From the human T2T-CHM13v2.0 reference genome, Homo sapiens: a stretch of 64,000 nt of DNA. Positions 15,321 through 29,140 of this stretch are shown here, piece by piece. The stretch lies in the NCBI RefSeq assembly GCF_009914755.1, contig NC_060937.1. One strand, 5' to 3'. Positions within the stretch are counted from its first letter, which is position 1, and each line of letters begins with the position of its first letter. Under the pieces are notes generated by a model, which saw only the letters and a program-made list of their open reading frames with translations, did no database searches and had not been told where the DNA came from. A program made the translations under genes and the position numbers.

Positions 15321-17457
15321 TCTGGTAGACTAAAGGTGACAACATCTTTCCTGCTCCTCTCTCTGTGAGAACCAATTCCCCTTAAACCTTGCCCAGACTA
15401 CTGACTTGCTTGGCCAACAGAAGGTGACAAAGGTGGTATTTGGGGACTTCAGAAGCCAGGCTGAGAAAACAGAACACTTATCCAGGAGAAAGCCAGTCAC
15501 CAGGCAGGAAATCCCACTCCCCTGAGACCCCATGATGGAAACCACACGGCCAGTCCATGACTAGCTACATGCATTGACATCCCCCATTGACCCTCTAGCA
15601 ACACCGACTCCCAACCACTAGTGAGCCTTCAGCAACATCCCCTCCCAACCACTAGTGAGCCACCCTGCACACCACCCCGCTGTGCTTTCACACAATCCAG
15701 CTTGGCTGCAACTGTGTGTGAGATGAGCTGGCCACCAAGACTCTCTAAGCCAAAAAACAAGTAATAATGAGTTGTTTTAAGCTGCCAAGTTTTGGGGATG
15801 GTTTCTTCAGAATAGATAACTGGAACAGAATATTGTAGCTGGAAATGAGCCGCTGTGGTAATCAGAAGCTACAATATGTGCCACGACTGTGAGGCTGACC
15901 TGTAACTGGGCCTCAAGGAGAACATTCATGCAACCTGGAAGGGCAACAAGACTCTTGGTCAGGGCCTGAAAGACGGTGAGAAAATGTCATTGGAAACTGG
16001 GGAAAAGGCCTGAGAGTTATGTGCTGAGGGACTGTGAGAAAACTATGGCCACAACATGGAAACTGAAAGGGCACTGCACCATCTCAGGGATCTGCCTAAG
16101 GAGACATCTGGGAAGAACATGGAAAGTGCTATCAGCCTCCCCTAACTGTCACTGAATAAACATGACAGGAGAGGGACATGATCTAAAGAAGGAAGTTCAG
16201 TTTTCAAACAAAATTTAGAGAAAATATAAAGAAATAATTTCTTGTCTCAAAAGGCCAAAGAAAAAAAAAAGAAAAAAAAAAATTATAAAGAAGCCATTGA
16301 ATACCCTATTGACCATAAGAAAAAGGCAGAGAAAGTTGGTCAACGGCAACCCAGGCACTGAAGGAAAAAGAACATGGAGAATGACAAAAGCCCAGAGGGA
16401 GGAGTAAAAGGACACAAACGCCGTTCTCAGGGACAAGGACTGGGCGCCGTTCTCAGGGACCTGGACTGGGCACTAATCACAGAACTGTAACAGGCGCCCC
16501 ATGGTAATGACCAACTGTTAGACGGGGCCTGCAGGGCAGCACCTCCCTCCTGCCTCCCACCAACAGCTTCTACAGGGAAATGCCGACTGTTTTCACACCA
16601 GTCCCCTCACTGCGGCTGAGTGTGTGGGCACAGATGATAGGTCACAACAACCTTATTCAGTCCTCACTGTGGCTGAGTGCGTCAGGGGCAGACAACAGGC
16701 CACCACAACCTGATTCAGTCCTCACTGTGGCTGTGTGTGGGGGGGCAGATGACAGGCCACCACAACTTGATTCAGTCCTCACTGCGGCTGAGTGTGTGTG
16801 GGTGCAGGTGACAGGCCACCACAACCTGATTCAGGATTCAGTTGGGCTACCAGCCAGTGCCATAAGGAAAACCACTCTGGGACTCTTGAGAGGGGCAAAG
16901 CATAATTTGCATGTGGGAGAAACGTTAGTAGTTTGTGGCCAGAGGACAAACTGTGGTTTATTAAAGACTGCTGCAGGTTCCTACTATGCTTCTCATCAAG
17001 AGGTGGAATCTAATCACCTTCCCCCCTTGAATCATGGCTGGTCTCAGTGATGAGTACGACTGGACAGTGTGGCAGGAGAGATGTTCTGGGACTTCTGAGG
17101 GATGATCATGAGAGACCTTACAGCTTCTGCCTGGGCCTCTTGGACACATACACTGGGAGAAGCCAGACAAACCTGACTACCTGACACTGCCAGACTGGGA
17201 GGAAGTCCGTGCTGGCCACAAAGAGAGGGCTTGGTGCCTGCTCCATGTCCCCAGCCACTAGAGTCCTTCTGGTGCCTGCTTCACGTCCCCAGCCACTAGA
17301 GTCCTTCCAGATGAGACCAGGGACATCATGAAGCAGCCAACCCACATTGCCCTGTCCAGTGTCTTGACCCAGAAAATTGTGACATGTAAAAAGAATAAAT
17401 TCCTGGTTTAAGCCAGTAAGGTTACTGGTACATTGTTACATTGCAGATAATTAAAAC
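15321..17457 (+). mobile_element. MaLR element with two LTRs (MLT1E/F-type LTR, internal region, LTR)
   Basis: LTR1 ends TTTTAAGCTGCCAAGTTTTGGGG...AATAGATAACTGGAACA (~15827). The internal region has MLT-int-like GAAAATGTCATTGGAAACTGG and ends TGTGGCCAGAGGACAAAC. LTR2 (~16952-17457) ends TTTAAGCCAGTAAG...TTGTTACA..AGATAATTAAAAC. Confidence 0.65.
16599..16835. repeat. Minisatellite, about 4 x 57-59 bp
   Basis: TTCAG(TCCTCACTG) recurs at 16656, 16714, 16771 and 16830. Confidence 0.9.
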
Positions 17458-18182
17458 CTTGAAAAACTCATGAGAGATCCCAAGTAAAACCTTGATCTGA
17501 AACATGGCATGTGGCGATTTATATTGAGTATTAGGTTAAAAATGCAAGATTGGAGAATAGTTAATATTTTACGTTAAAGCTAAAACTATAATTGCCCACT
17601 TAAAATTTTCAGTTAATTAGGTTGTCACTTTTTGTTCTTAACCAAGAAATCAACTAGTTTTAGTCCATAAACAGTTGGAACTGATGCACACATCCGTTTT
17701 TCCTTACTCATTTTAAGCAGCTATCTGAAATAGGAAGCATAATATAATCTTTAAAGAATCTGAAAATATGACAGAAATGTTTAAACTATAAACATATATT
17801 GTAAATGTTAGCATATTATATACATTGCATATTAACATAAGCTAAAATCATTGATATAAATTTATATAAACAAAAGGTAGAAAATATGACAATGTTCTTC
17901 TTGTTTTTTGTCTTTGCATATTTCTTTATTGGCCCTTGTCAAACGTGACCCACTAACTCCTGAATGCTTTCTCTCTCCCCATGGATTCCTAAGGATGTCA
18001 CCACAGTGCTGGCCAGATGCACAGATCACAGGTGACTGAACCTCATCACCCCACGAACACACCCTTCAGGTTTTGCCAAGAATGACACTGTAAATATAAC
18101 AAAGCTCCTGTGCTTGTTAGTGAACACCAATTCAGCTTCTCTCCTGTATTTGGAAATCAGGATGAGATGAAAACAACAAGCA

Positions 18183-18485
18183 GGCCAGGCACGGTGGCTC
18201 ACGCCTGTAATCCCAGCACTTTGGGAGGCCGAGGCGAGTGGATCACCTGAGGTCGGGAGTTCGAGACACCCTGATCAAAACAGAGAAACCCCATCTCTAC
18301 TAAAAATACAAAATTAGCCGGGCATGGTGGCACATGCCTGTAATACCAGCTACTCAGGAGCTGAGGCAGGAGAATTGCTTGAACCCAGGAGGTGGAGGCT
18401 GCAGTGAGCTGAGATCACACCACTGCGCTCTAGCCTGGGCAACAAGAGCGAAACTCTGTCTCAAAAAATAAAAATAAAAATAAAA
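18183..18485 (+). mobile_element. Alu (AluSp-like) with TSD
   Basis: TSD AAAACAACAAGCA (18170-18182) / AAAAGAACAAGGA (18482-18494). Confidence 0.95.
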
Positions 18486-19361
18486 GAACAAGGAAACAAA
18501 AGCAACAAGGCTTGACACCAGATGAGCCTGAATCTAAGCAAGAAAAGCCCAGAAGAAATCCCATTTTGGGTCACTGGCTGCATGGTAGTAATGCCATACA
18601 CATAAGGAAGAGAAGAGGATGTGGCTTTCACTTCGAATTTTTTGAGCTTAAGGTAAATTTGGATAGCTACAAAGAAGCATTCAACAGAGAGTTAAACCTA
18701 TGATGGAAAGACTGAAGAGGTCCAAGCTGTAGAGAAACAGGACTGCAAACCACAAAGGGCTGAATCAGTCAAGGAGAACTGCAGGGCAAGATGAACAGGG
18801 ACCAATGGAACATTTGGATAAGCTGTTGAGAAGAAAGGAGAATTCAGAGAAAAAGAACTGTCAGTGAGGTCATAATAGGAACTGTTACAGTGAACTAAAT
18901 ATGGCCTGGGAAGGACTCTGTACTTCTAGATTTGAGTCCCTGTGGACAAACTGCAACCTAACTTAATAGGTAGAAAGACTGAAAACCTAACTTAGGAGTA
19001 TGTGCCTAAAACAGTAGCTGAGTCCTGGCCAATCCCAACAGCCAAACTTCTGCCACTCACACACTGCTGAGTGGTCAGCTGTGTTCAAATAAGGCAAATG
19101 CTGAGCACTGTAACCAGTCCAGTTGTTTCTGGACCTCACTGCTGAGAACTGTAATGGACCCAGTTGCTTCTAGACCTCACTCCTCACTTCAGATTTTTGT
19201 ACATCATGTTCCCTTTATTGTCTATAAATCTTCCACCATGTGTCTGTGCTGGAGTCTCACTGAATCTGCTGTGATTCTGGGGGCTGCCTGATTCGTGAAT
19301 CATTCATTGCTCAATTAAGCTCCTTTAAATTTAATTCAGCTGAAGATTTTCTTTTAATAGA

Positions 19362-19379
19362 TGGTGTCAGAAGTGGGAT
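19362..19379 (+). other. Retroviral primer-binding site, tRNA-Leu type
   Basis: TGGTGTCAGAAGTGGGAT, complementary to the recalled tRNA-Leu 3' end ATCCCACTTCTGACACCA. Confidence 0.8.
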
Positions 19380-19498
19380 CCGTGGGAGCAGGACTGCTAG
19401 GGCCTCTGGAGCTATACTGTGGTGAGCAGTGTTGCTAAGCCTTCTAATGACCCCCAGAGTGCTGAGGTACAAGGAAGGAACCTGAAAGGACCCATTTG

Positions 19499-20753
19499 TG
19501 ATGGCAGCAGTGGCCCACGTGGAGCAGTTGCTATGGAGACACTGGCTGCAGTGGGGAGGAGTGGCTGGGGCTGTGCACTCCTCAGAGCTGGTGGGAGCCA
19601 GGAATGGGTGGGAGACCTGCCCCTTCTAAATTATCAGGCAGGAGCCCCGCCCTCCCAGGCACAGCTGCAGCCATCCAGCCATGACTGCAAACCCAGGCAT
19701 CTCTGCACTCTCAGAGGCCCAGCAAGCCCCCCTGCCCCGCAGGCTCAGTTGTACCTGGTCCTGCCACCTGGCGTCTCTCTGCTTCCAGAGCCCACTCCAA
19801 ATTCAGATCCAAGTTGAGGCCAAACCTGGGCACAGTCACAACCTGGCCTGGTTTGTGCAAGCTCAGGGCAGTGCTGACATGCCAGCCCCCTGCCACCTCG
19901 GCCCCCTCCAGAATTTGGGCACTGGCAAGCACAGGAGGGAGGCTGAGGTGTGGCTAAGAGTGGCTCAGCAGTGGCCGGAAGGCCCTCCTCAGCTCGAACG
20001 CCTGGGCACTATGGGCACAGCTACCCACCGTGCGTCTCCTCTCAGCTGCTGAGAGCTGAACAGACGTTGGGATGACCTGCCTGCAGAAAGGAGCTACCCA
20101 CTGCAGGTCTCCTCTGAGCTGTACTGTGGCTCAATAAAGCACCTCTTCACCTTGCTCACCTTCTACTTGTCCACATACCTCATTTTTCCTGGACTCAGGA
20201 CAAGAACTCAGGACCTGCCAACTAGCAGGGCTGAAAGAGGTGTAACATAAACAGGGCTGAAACGCTATCCTTTCTTGCCAAATTGCAGGCAAGAAGAAGA
20301 GAAGAGAGAAGGAGAGAAGAGCTGTGTCCCTTCAGGGAACACAGACCTAGGAGCTCCTCCAACCAGGGCTGTGACACCTTCTTTGGGGCTCTGCAGGTCC
20401 TGCATCTCCAAGCTTCTGGGTGCCACTGCATTCCCTGATACCCACAGTGGAAGTTGTTTGCAGTCGGCCTGGTCCAGCTGCAGCCGCACAGGGAGCTGGC
20501 ACCTGTGCCTGGAGCTGCCCACCCCACTGCAGCTGGCATGCTTGGCTGTGTGCAGTGGCCAGATCCCATGCTCGCTTGCTCACACACCCCTCACTGCTCT
20601 GTACCCAGCTCGCCCTTGGCAGGTGTGGGATCCAGACCACTAGCATGAGCTGAGTGGACAGAACTAACCCAGTGGGCCCGAGCAAAACACAGGTAAAGGT
20701 GCCACCAGCCAGAGGTTTCAGGCAGAAAAGTGACACCTCAGGATTCTGTAACA
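19499..20753 (+). mobile_element. MER52A-type solo LTR nested in MER57-int
   Basis: GC-rich, about 1.25 kb; starts TGATGGCAGCAGTGG and ends CAGAAAAGTGACACCTCAGGATTCTGTAACA; flanks TTTG/CTTG. Confidence 0.85.
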
Positions 20754-21693
20754 CTTGTGTCCTTTGATCTCTCGGAGCAGCTGGAGATCATGGTAAATTT
20801 TCTCTCGGATTTCAGAGCTCCATGGATTTGTGTTTTGAGCTCTGAGTTTCTTTGAGCAAATTTCTGTTCCAAACTGCTATCCAGCCATGACTGGCTGGAT
20901 GTTTTAGAAGTTATAACAGAAAAGGGACCGGGTCCAGGATCAGATTTGATCCAGTAGTTAATTGGCTTGAATCCAGTTCCAGTTAGAGGCCTCCTACATC
21001 TGACTGGGTCAGAAGGAAAGTGGTAGTAAATGATAATATTGGAAGATTGTAACATTTGGCTTTTGAAAATTCACAGGGATTTTTGTGTTCTACCCCTTTG
21101 TTTCATTTTTCTCGCACGCTTAGGCAGGAAAAAAAAATCATTGGCTAAGTTAATGAAGGGAACCTGGGAGTAAAGCCAATATTTTAGGTAAAAATAGGAT
21201 CCTTAATTTCTGGAAAACTAAGCTCCTTCTGGCTAATACATTAGGCCTGGGAAGCAGCAAAGTCTTACAGAAATGGCAAAATCTTATTAAGATAACTTAC
21301 AGTGGAACATTTCAAATGAATAATGCCCTGAAGTGCATTTAAAAATGAGGGTTCCCAAATTAGTCTCATCTAGGGATGCCTATTAATATGCAGAAGCTTC
21401 TAAAAAGATTTAGAGATGGCACCGCCCATCTGGGAGCAAGTTTGAGTCTTACCAGTTTGATACTGGGTGCTGAGCAAAGTGGCACGTGTCTATGTTTTGT
21501 CACATGTATTTTGCTCTGGGCAGAATGAAAAATGTTAATTTGGTTACTCCAAGCAACCCCTTGGGCAGCATCTTGCAAAGCTGAGTGGATTCTTCCTGTG
21601 ATTCCATGATTTTCCATTGTGATGCAGCTTGGCCCCCAGAGCTATAATGTGGTGAGGAGGGTGACAGAGCAAGACGCAATCTTTAAAAAAAAA

Positions 21694-21990
21694 TGGCCAG
21701 GTGCAGTGGCTCATGCCTGTAATCCCAACACTTGGGGAGGCTGAGGCAGGTGGATCACCTGAGGTCAGGAGTTCAGGGCCAGCCTGACCTACAAGGAAAA
21801 ACCCCGTCTCTACTAAAAACACAAAATTAGCTGGGCATGGTGGCACATGCCTCTAATCCCAGCTACTCAGGAGGCTGGGGCAGGAGAATCGCTTGAACCC
21901 GGGAGGCAGGGGGTTGCAGTGAACCGAGATCACACCATTGCACTCCAGCCTGGGCAACAAGAGGGAAAATCCATCTGAAAAAAAAAAAGA
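21694..21990 (+). mobile_element. Alu (AluS), preceded by a short Alu 3' fragment at 21660-21692
   Basis: Sense Alu dimer. Confidence 0.95.
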
Positions 21991-22450
21991 AAGAATAATA
22001 GGTTTGTCTATAAGGTTTTATGAAAAAGTGGGTGACATTTGGCTTTCTCTCTTTAAAGAAGATGTTCAGGTAATATTAAAAAATAATGAAAAATTTGTTT
22101 GCCTTTTAAATAAACTACCAAAAAAAAAAAAAAGGAAAAACAAGAGGCAGATCGTTTGTGAAGATGTCTTCCCTCTATCAATGAGTAAAGATTTTTGCCC
22201 TTTAAAACTTTTTTAAGTCATGATTTTAAGTAAATGAATGACTTATGGTGACCTGGAATTCTATTTCATAACATCAAGTGTTTAAACTTTTAATATATTT
22301 AATAGGCTTCCCAAAATCAAATTTCAACTTCAAAATTGTCTTTTCTGACCTCTAAATTTGGGATACTACAGACGCCCTTGAAGCACCCAAAAGAGAGGTA
22401 AACAGGACTATTTAACATGTTAAGTCACATGGGTAGCACTGTCAAAATAA

Positions 22451-22830
<380 letters not shown>

Positions 22831-22879
22831 AGGATTCTAAAATTCTAATATGCCTATATGCTATCTATCATAATTACCT

Positions 22880-23180
<301 letters not shown>

Positions 23181-23476
23181 AATTATGGTTATTAAGTTAT
23201 TGTAGACCACAGAAATAACCAAATTTCCTTATCAATTGTCTTTAACTATAACTATTTAAAGTCATTTCCACAGTTAATTGCTTAATGATGATGCAGTTTC
23301 TAAAAACTTCACAAGCATGCAAAATTCTAGAATAGAAGATTCATGAAAGAATGAAAAGGACCATGAAAAACACTCGGGAACACAGGTTTCTAATAACTTT
23401 AATATCATGGGTAAAAATTCCCCATAAGTTTCCCGATCCCCCAATAATTGGACTGGTTAAGAATTCTCAAAAGTTA

Positions 23477-23866
<390 letters not shown>

Positions 23867-25070
23867 CTAAATCACCAATATTGAAATTGTTTAGATATAT
23901 AATTTAAATAAACTCCATGGTCTAAGCCAAATTACCTATAACTCATCAGTTACCAGTGCCATGCACCTAATTTGAAGAAACAGCTGGTATTCAAGAGGAT
24001 GTAAGTCTAATGTTAATTAAGCACAGACTTATGAAGAACCAGGATGGCCACCTTTCCGTCTTAAGTCCTTAAAACTTTTGTTATTAAAAGTTCTGCATTC
24101 CATAACTCATCATGGAAAGAGAAAATGATCCAAATTAAATATATTGCTGTGGTGATCTCTAAATTGCTAAAATAGTTTATAATCAATGTTTGGTTTGTCA
24201 AACCTATATTCCTAGGAAAACAATCAAAACTTCAGGTGCATTTGGTTACCTGATGGGCCATTTAAACATTTTATAAAGGGATTTCATTCAGTTGTCATTT
24301 TCAGTGCATGTTTTCTGATTGTAAAAAAGCTCTTCCATGCAAGAGGGTTGATGTTAAAACAGTAGATTATTATGCTGAAGTGTATTTTCACCAGATAAAG
24401 AAAGACTTTTATGGTTCACAGAGGACAGCCAACCCCTTCACAATCTAGAATCTGATGACTGGATCTTCTGAGAACATCAGAGGACTGCCCTTGCCATTCA
24501 CATGACAGCAAAACATTAAAACCTTAAACTTTGGGTTCATAGTCTTACAACTCAGAAGGGTCCCTCCACAATTGGAACCATACACCCCTTGGAACCCTTA
24601 AGGTAAAGCTAACAAGGACAGTTCCCCCCCAGAAGAAGATGGCATCCTTAATGTGAACAGCTTTTCCCAAGATCACAGATCAAGACTTCTCTACTATTAT
24701 GAGACTCTTATCTTAAGTATCTGTGCAGCTGCTAACATGGCATATGGAGAAAACATCGGGTATTATAAAGATTTGGTTGTAGGGAATTAACAAAAAAACC
24801 CACTTAGTTAAGCAAGTAAACTCTTTATCTAATTCATTCTTTAATCTATTTGATTTTAGGTGGTTTGATTTATGGGGACCCTGAGTAAGGAGCATATACC
24901 AAATTCTTGGTGTTATCCCAATAGTCATAAGAGTCTCCCTGGTGCACTGTACTTACTCAAATGTTTTAAGAGTTTGCATGCAGCCATCTCTAAAATGTCA
25001 AATGGTATCTCTTCAACTGGAATGACAACAGATTAAAAAAATGTGCAATCATAAGGACACCGTAACCTAT

Positions 25071-25350
25071 GAGTGACATGCTAAACCAGAAACCCAAAAC
25101 AATGGGAGTGACATGCTAAACCAGAAACCCAAAACAATGGGACTGATGTACTAAAACCGGAACCCAAAACAATGGGAGTGATGTACTAAAACCAGAACCC
25201 AAAACAATGGGAGTGACATGCTAAACCAGAAACCCAAAACAATGGGAGTAACATGCTAAAACCAGAACCCAAAACAATGGGAGTGACGTGCTAAAACCAT
25301 TACCCAAAACAATGGGAGTGATGTGCTAAACCGGAAACCCAAAACAATGG
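25071..25350. repeat. Minisatellite, 8 x 35 bp, inside MER57-int
   Basis: GAGTGACATGCTAAACCAGAAACCCAAAACAATGG repeated head to tail. Confidence 0.95.
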
Positions 25351-25425
25351 TAACTAAGAGTGAGGCTAAGGCCCTACATTTTGGTCACACTCTCAACTAA
25401 GTGAGAACTTGACTGAAAAGGAGGA

Positions 25426-25721
25426 TTTTTTTTTTTTTCTGAGACAGAGTCTTGCTCTGTCCCCCAGAGTGGAGTGCAGTGGCATGATCTCGGCTCACTG
25501 CAAGCTCTGCCTCCCGGGTTCAGGCCATTCTCCTGCCTCAGCCTCCTGAGTAGCTGGGACTACAGGCACCCGCCAGCATGCTTGGCTATTTTTTTGTGTA
25601 TTTAGTAGAGATGAGGTTTCACCGTATTAGCAAGGATGGTCTCAATCTCCTGATCTCGTGATCTGCCCACCTCGGCCTCCCAAAGTGCTGGGATTACAGG
25701 CATGAGCCACCGTGCCCAGCC
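25426..25721 (-). mobile_element. Alu (AluY-like)
   Basis: Antisense Alu; flanking duplication AAAAGGAGGA. Confidence 0.95.
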
Positions 25722-26535
25722 AAAAGGAGGAATTTTTTAAGCAAAATTATGGGAGGCCATTGTTTTGAACTAAGCTCATGCAATAGGTCCCAACAGAACA
25801 AACCAAACCAAAATGGAGTCACTCATGTTAAATGGAACATAATCAAACTAAGACTTTAAGGAAACACATAAATCCTAGAACAAACCAGGTTTTGTTTTTC
25901 TCCTGTAAACAGGATGTTCCAGCATAAGAAGACACCTTCTACTCAAGTCCTTGTTCCACCTTTTCAAATCTCACTGTTCTATTTCCCAGTGGGTTTCTAA
26001 ACCAAATAAGTACATTTGCAAGGGTAATAGTGACACCAGTGACTGAAGTTTTGGCCAGTCTCTCAAAATTGAGAAAATAACCAAAGGGAAGGCATTGTTA
26101 AAGTGAACTAAGTATGTCCTGAGAAGGACTCCATAATTATATATATGAGTCCTTGTGGATGACCTGCAACCTACCTTAATAGGTAAACAAGAATGAAAAC
26201 CTAACTTGAGTGTATGCACCTCAAACAACAGCTACATCTTGGTCAATCCCAATGGCCAAACTTCAACCACTCAGGCACTGCCAAATGTTCAAACTGTGCT
26301 CAAACAAGGCAAACGCTGAGTTGTTTCTGTACCTCACTTCCGATTTCGGTATGCCACTTCCCTTTTGTCTACAAATCTTCTTCCACCACATGACTGTGCT
26401 GGAGTCTCTGTGAATCTGCTGTGATTCTGGGGACTTTCCGATTCATGAATCGTTTATTGCTCAATTAAACTCCTTTAAAGTTTTTCTTTTAACAGAACTA
26501 ACACGGAAGAATTTCCAGATCATGAACAGATGTTT

Positions 26536-27141
26536 TATAATACCCAACGTTGTATTAACATGAATAGACTCTTCCTTAGATAGCTAACCTTGTTTTTAAT
26601 ATGAATAGACTCTCCCTTAGCTGAGAAAACCAGACAAACTCCATTTGGCTCCTTCATTTACAAGACATCAAGGGCTCCTTACCCACCCCCTTTCCTCAAG
26701 GACTTTAACTTGTGCAAGCTGATTTTCAACATATCAAAGAGTGCAATTAACTGATAAAGTGCTGAGGCAAGTGATGTCCGCAGTTCCCAGCAAATTACTC
26801 AGAGATAATATCATAAAGCCCCCACATTTGTCTGGAAGATAATGCCCAGAGCCCCCTCACTCATCACTTTGTGGTGAATTTAAAGCCTCTGCACCTGGAA
26901 CAGTTTGTTTTCCTGTAACCATCTGTCTTTTTAAGTTTTTTGTCTGTTTTTTCTTCTGTAAGTTTATTGCAGCTGGAATCCCCCCTCCCCTCTCTAAACC
27001 AATGTATAAAAGAAAATCTAGCCCATTCTTTAGGGCCGAGAGTATTTCCTGTGTTAGCCGTCTCTCAGTCACCAGCTAATAAAGGACTCCTGAATTCGTC
27101 TCAAAGTGTGGCATTTCTCTGTAACTCGTTTGGGTACGACA
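26536..27141 (+). mobile_element. LTR10-family (HERV-I group) solo LTR
   Basis: Termini TATAATACCCAA... / ...TTGGGTACGACA; 4-bp TSD GTTT (26532-26535, 27142-27145); GTATAAAAG TATA box; AATAAAGGACTCCTGAATTCGTCTCAAAGTGTGGC. Confidence 0.8.
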
Positions 27142-27489
27142 GTTTCAACTATGGTAGAAGACTCGAGTAAGACAAATACAGCCCCCCTAAATTTGACTAT
27201 TATTTAGGTTAATGGTGAGTTTAGAAGAAATAAGTTAAGACTACACAGAGTGGGCTAAATTGCAAATAAACACTGAAAATATTTCCCAGAAAATGTGACT
27301 TTGAACAGGCTGCTGCACACCCTGCATGTAGAGATAAACTAAGAAAAATGTGTGGAGAGTTATTTAAGGACCTGTGGTTAACTCAGTCCTCAAGATGTTC
27401 TGGGTTTCATCCATGAGTCAAGGAGGACCTCCCAAAAGCTGTTTGGGACCACACTCTTTGAGCAAGGAGCATACCTTATGATGGAAGCT

Positions 27490-27696
27490 GTGCTTTAGCA
27501 GGAGATGACCATTTCCACTGCACAACACGCCGTGCTTTAGCAGACGATGACCATTTCCACTGTACAACATGCTGTGCTTTAGCGTCAGATGACCATTTCC
27601 ACTGCACAACACGCCATGCTTTAGCGGAAAATGACCATTTCCACTGCACAACACGCCATGCCTTAGCGGAAGATGACTGTTTCCACTGCACAACAC
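27490..27696. repeat. Minisatellite, 5 x 42 bp
   Basis: GTGCTTTAGCAGGAGATGACCATTTCCACTGCACAACACGCC units; 14-aa periodicity in ORF 27418..27696. Confidence 0.95.
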
Positions 27697-28089
27697 TACA
27701 AGTGCTTACTGCCAGACCGGTGTGAAATATGTTCCAGCACATAATCTATGTCACCAATGAAGGTGGTGGTTAAGACTTGGTGCACACAAGCTTTCCTGTC
27801 CCACAAGAACACAGCATGCTCTCTTTTCGGGTTCCATTCCAATCACGTAACAAACATGACTGCCTTTTTTGTTTCGGCATCAGAAAGATCAGAGGAAACT
27901 TTGCACTCAACTTAGACAACTCTAAGCTTTTATAACCTGTCTATATCTACAGGTCAGCTTTATCTTATTTATGTATATTTCCTTCAACCTGAGTTTTACT
28001 TATTTCCACTTTTCCTTTTTAATTCACAGACACCCATAAACTCAGAAAATACAGTGTAAAACAAAGTGAAGAACAAATAAAAAACTCAC

Positions 28090-28148
28090 CAGAGATTTAT
28101 TCGTTTCTTGTTGCTCTTGGAAACACCCAGAGGACACTGGAAACATAG
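28090..28148 (-). pseudogene. TEKT4P2: Exon 2 (59 nt) of a ZNF717-derived transcript (TEKT4P2/MAFIP-type or paralog); ATG exon encoding MFPVSSGCFQEQQETNKSL
   Basis: Minus strand: acceptor CCTTCTCTTCCAG|CTATGTTTCC, donor TCTCTG|GTGAGT. ATG at 28146, 19 codons, phase-0 end. The peptide resembles the recalled ZNF717 N-terminus (MFPVFSGCFQELQEKNKSL) and tektin-4-like pseudogene products. The symbol is tentative because paralogs exist. Confidence 0.7.
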
Positions 28149-28719
28149 CTGGAAGAGAAGGCAAATGATGTCGATTAAGGAGAGAACTGGTGAGGTGTGG
28201 TCCCAGATTCTTCTGCCCAACACTCTAGACACATTACCTGGAAAAGCCCTCCTCCCTCCGGAAAAAGAAAAACTTCCCCATGGGAGAAGAGTCCTTCACA
28301 CCTCATTAGGGGCAGCAAAGACTCAAGTTAAGATAAGATACATCTACAAGTACATTAATTGGTAGACATTAGATGCACAATTTATTTTTGAATAAAAATA
28401 TGTAGTACCTACAAATTTAGTAACAATATTACCTAAAGATATAATCTAATAATTTAATACAAAGAAACATTATAAGTTCACTAAAATAAATGTTATAGAA
28501 ATATACTGGGCTGTATTAACTATTTTCCTATTAACATGTGGATTCCACAGATAACTTCTTATGAGTATTCCCATGACAGTACATCTTGCTTTTCTATACC
28601 TGAACATCATGGAAAGTGCATCTTGCAACCCAGCAATTTTGGCCTACGTTTTTTAAAATGTACATAATATGTATTTCCTGCAGTACACCGTTCTACTCAT
28701 GTTTCCCAATAACACCTTT

Positions 28720-29140
28720 CCCTGTATCCAAGCCCTCATATTATGCTCTGACAATAAATTGGGCTTTTCCATCTGACTTGTCCAGTGAATGGACAATGGA
28801 AAATGTGATGCAAATATCCATTGGTTCTTGCCTTTTTGGACACAGTCATATTGTGAAGAGGTCTGGAGCTACCCTGTTGGAAACACAGGGCCTAGCCAAG
28901 AGTCACCACAAACCACCAGATTGTGAAGGAAACTATCTTAAACCAACCAGGCTCAGTCAAGGCACCAGGTGACTAAGGCCTGTTTTGTGATCCAGGCAAC
29001 ACAAATATATCAACTACCCAGCTGAACCCACCACACCAAAATGCAGATCCACAGAACTTCAAACAAATAAAATGGTGGTTGTTTTTTATAAGCTAGTAAG
29101 GTTTAATTAGTTCCTTAAACAGCAAATATTAACTGTTACA
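28720..29140 (+). mobile_element. Old MaLR (MLT1F/G-like) LTR fragment
   Basis: AACTACCCAGCTGAACCCA...ATCCACAGAA...AAATAAAATGGTGGTTGTTTT...TAACTGTTACA 3' end. Confidence 0.55.

Noticed and set aside
19419-20754. Cluster of 60-135 aa ORFs
   Set aside because: They lie in or overlap the GC-rich MER52A LTR; similar peptides recur in the second copy at 37091-37526.
25071-25350. 35-bp repeat array resembling CRISPR repeats in length
   Set aside because: Units are head to tail with no unique spacers, there are no cas genes, and the DNA is primate.
27418-27742. Repetitive His/Cys peptide LKHGVLCSGNGH
   Set aside because: Translation of the 42-bp minisatellite; no ATG start or splice support seen.
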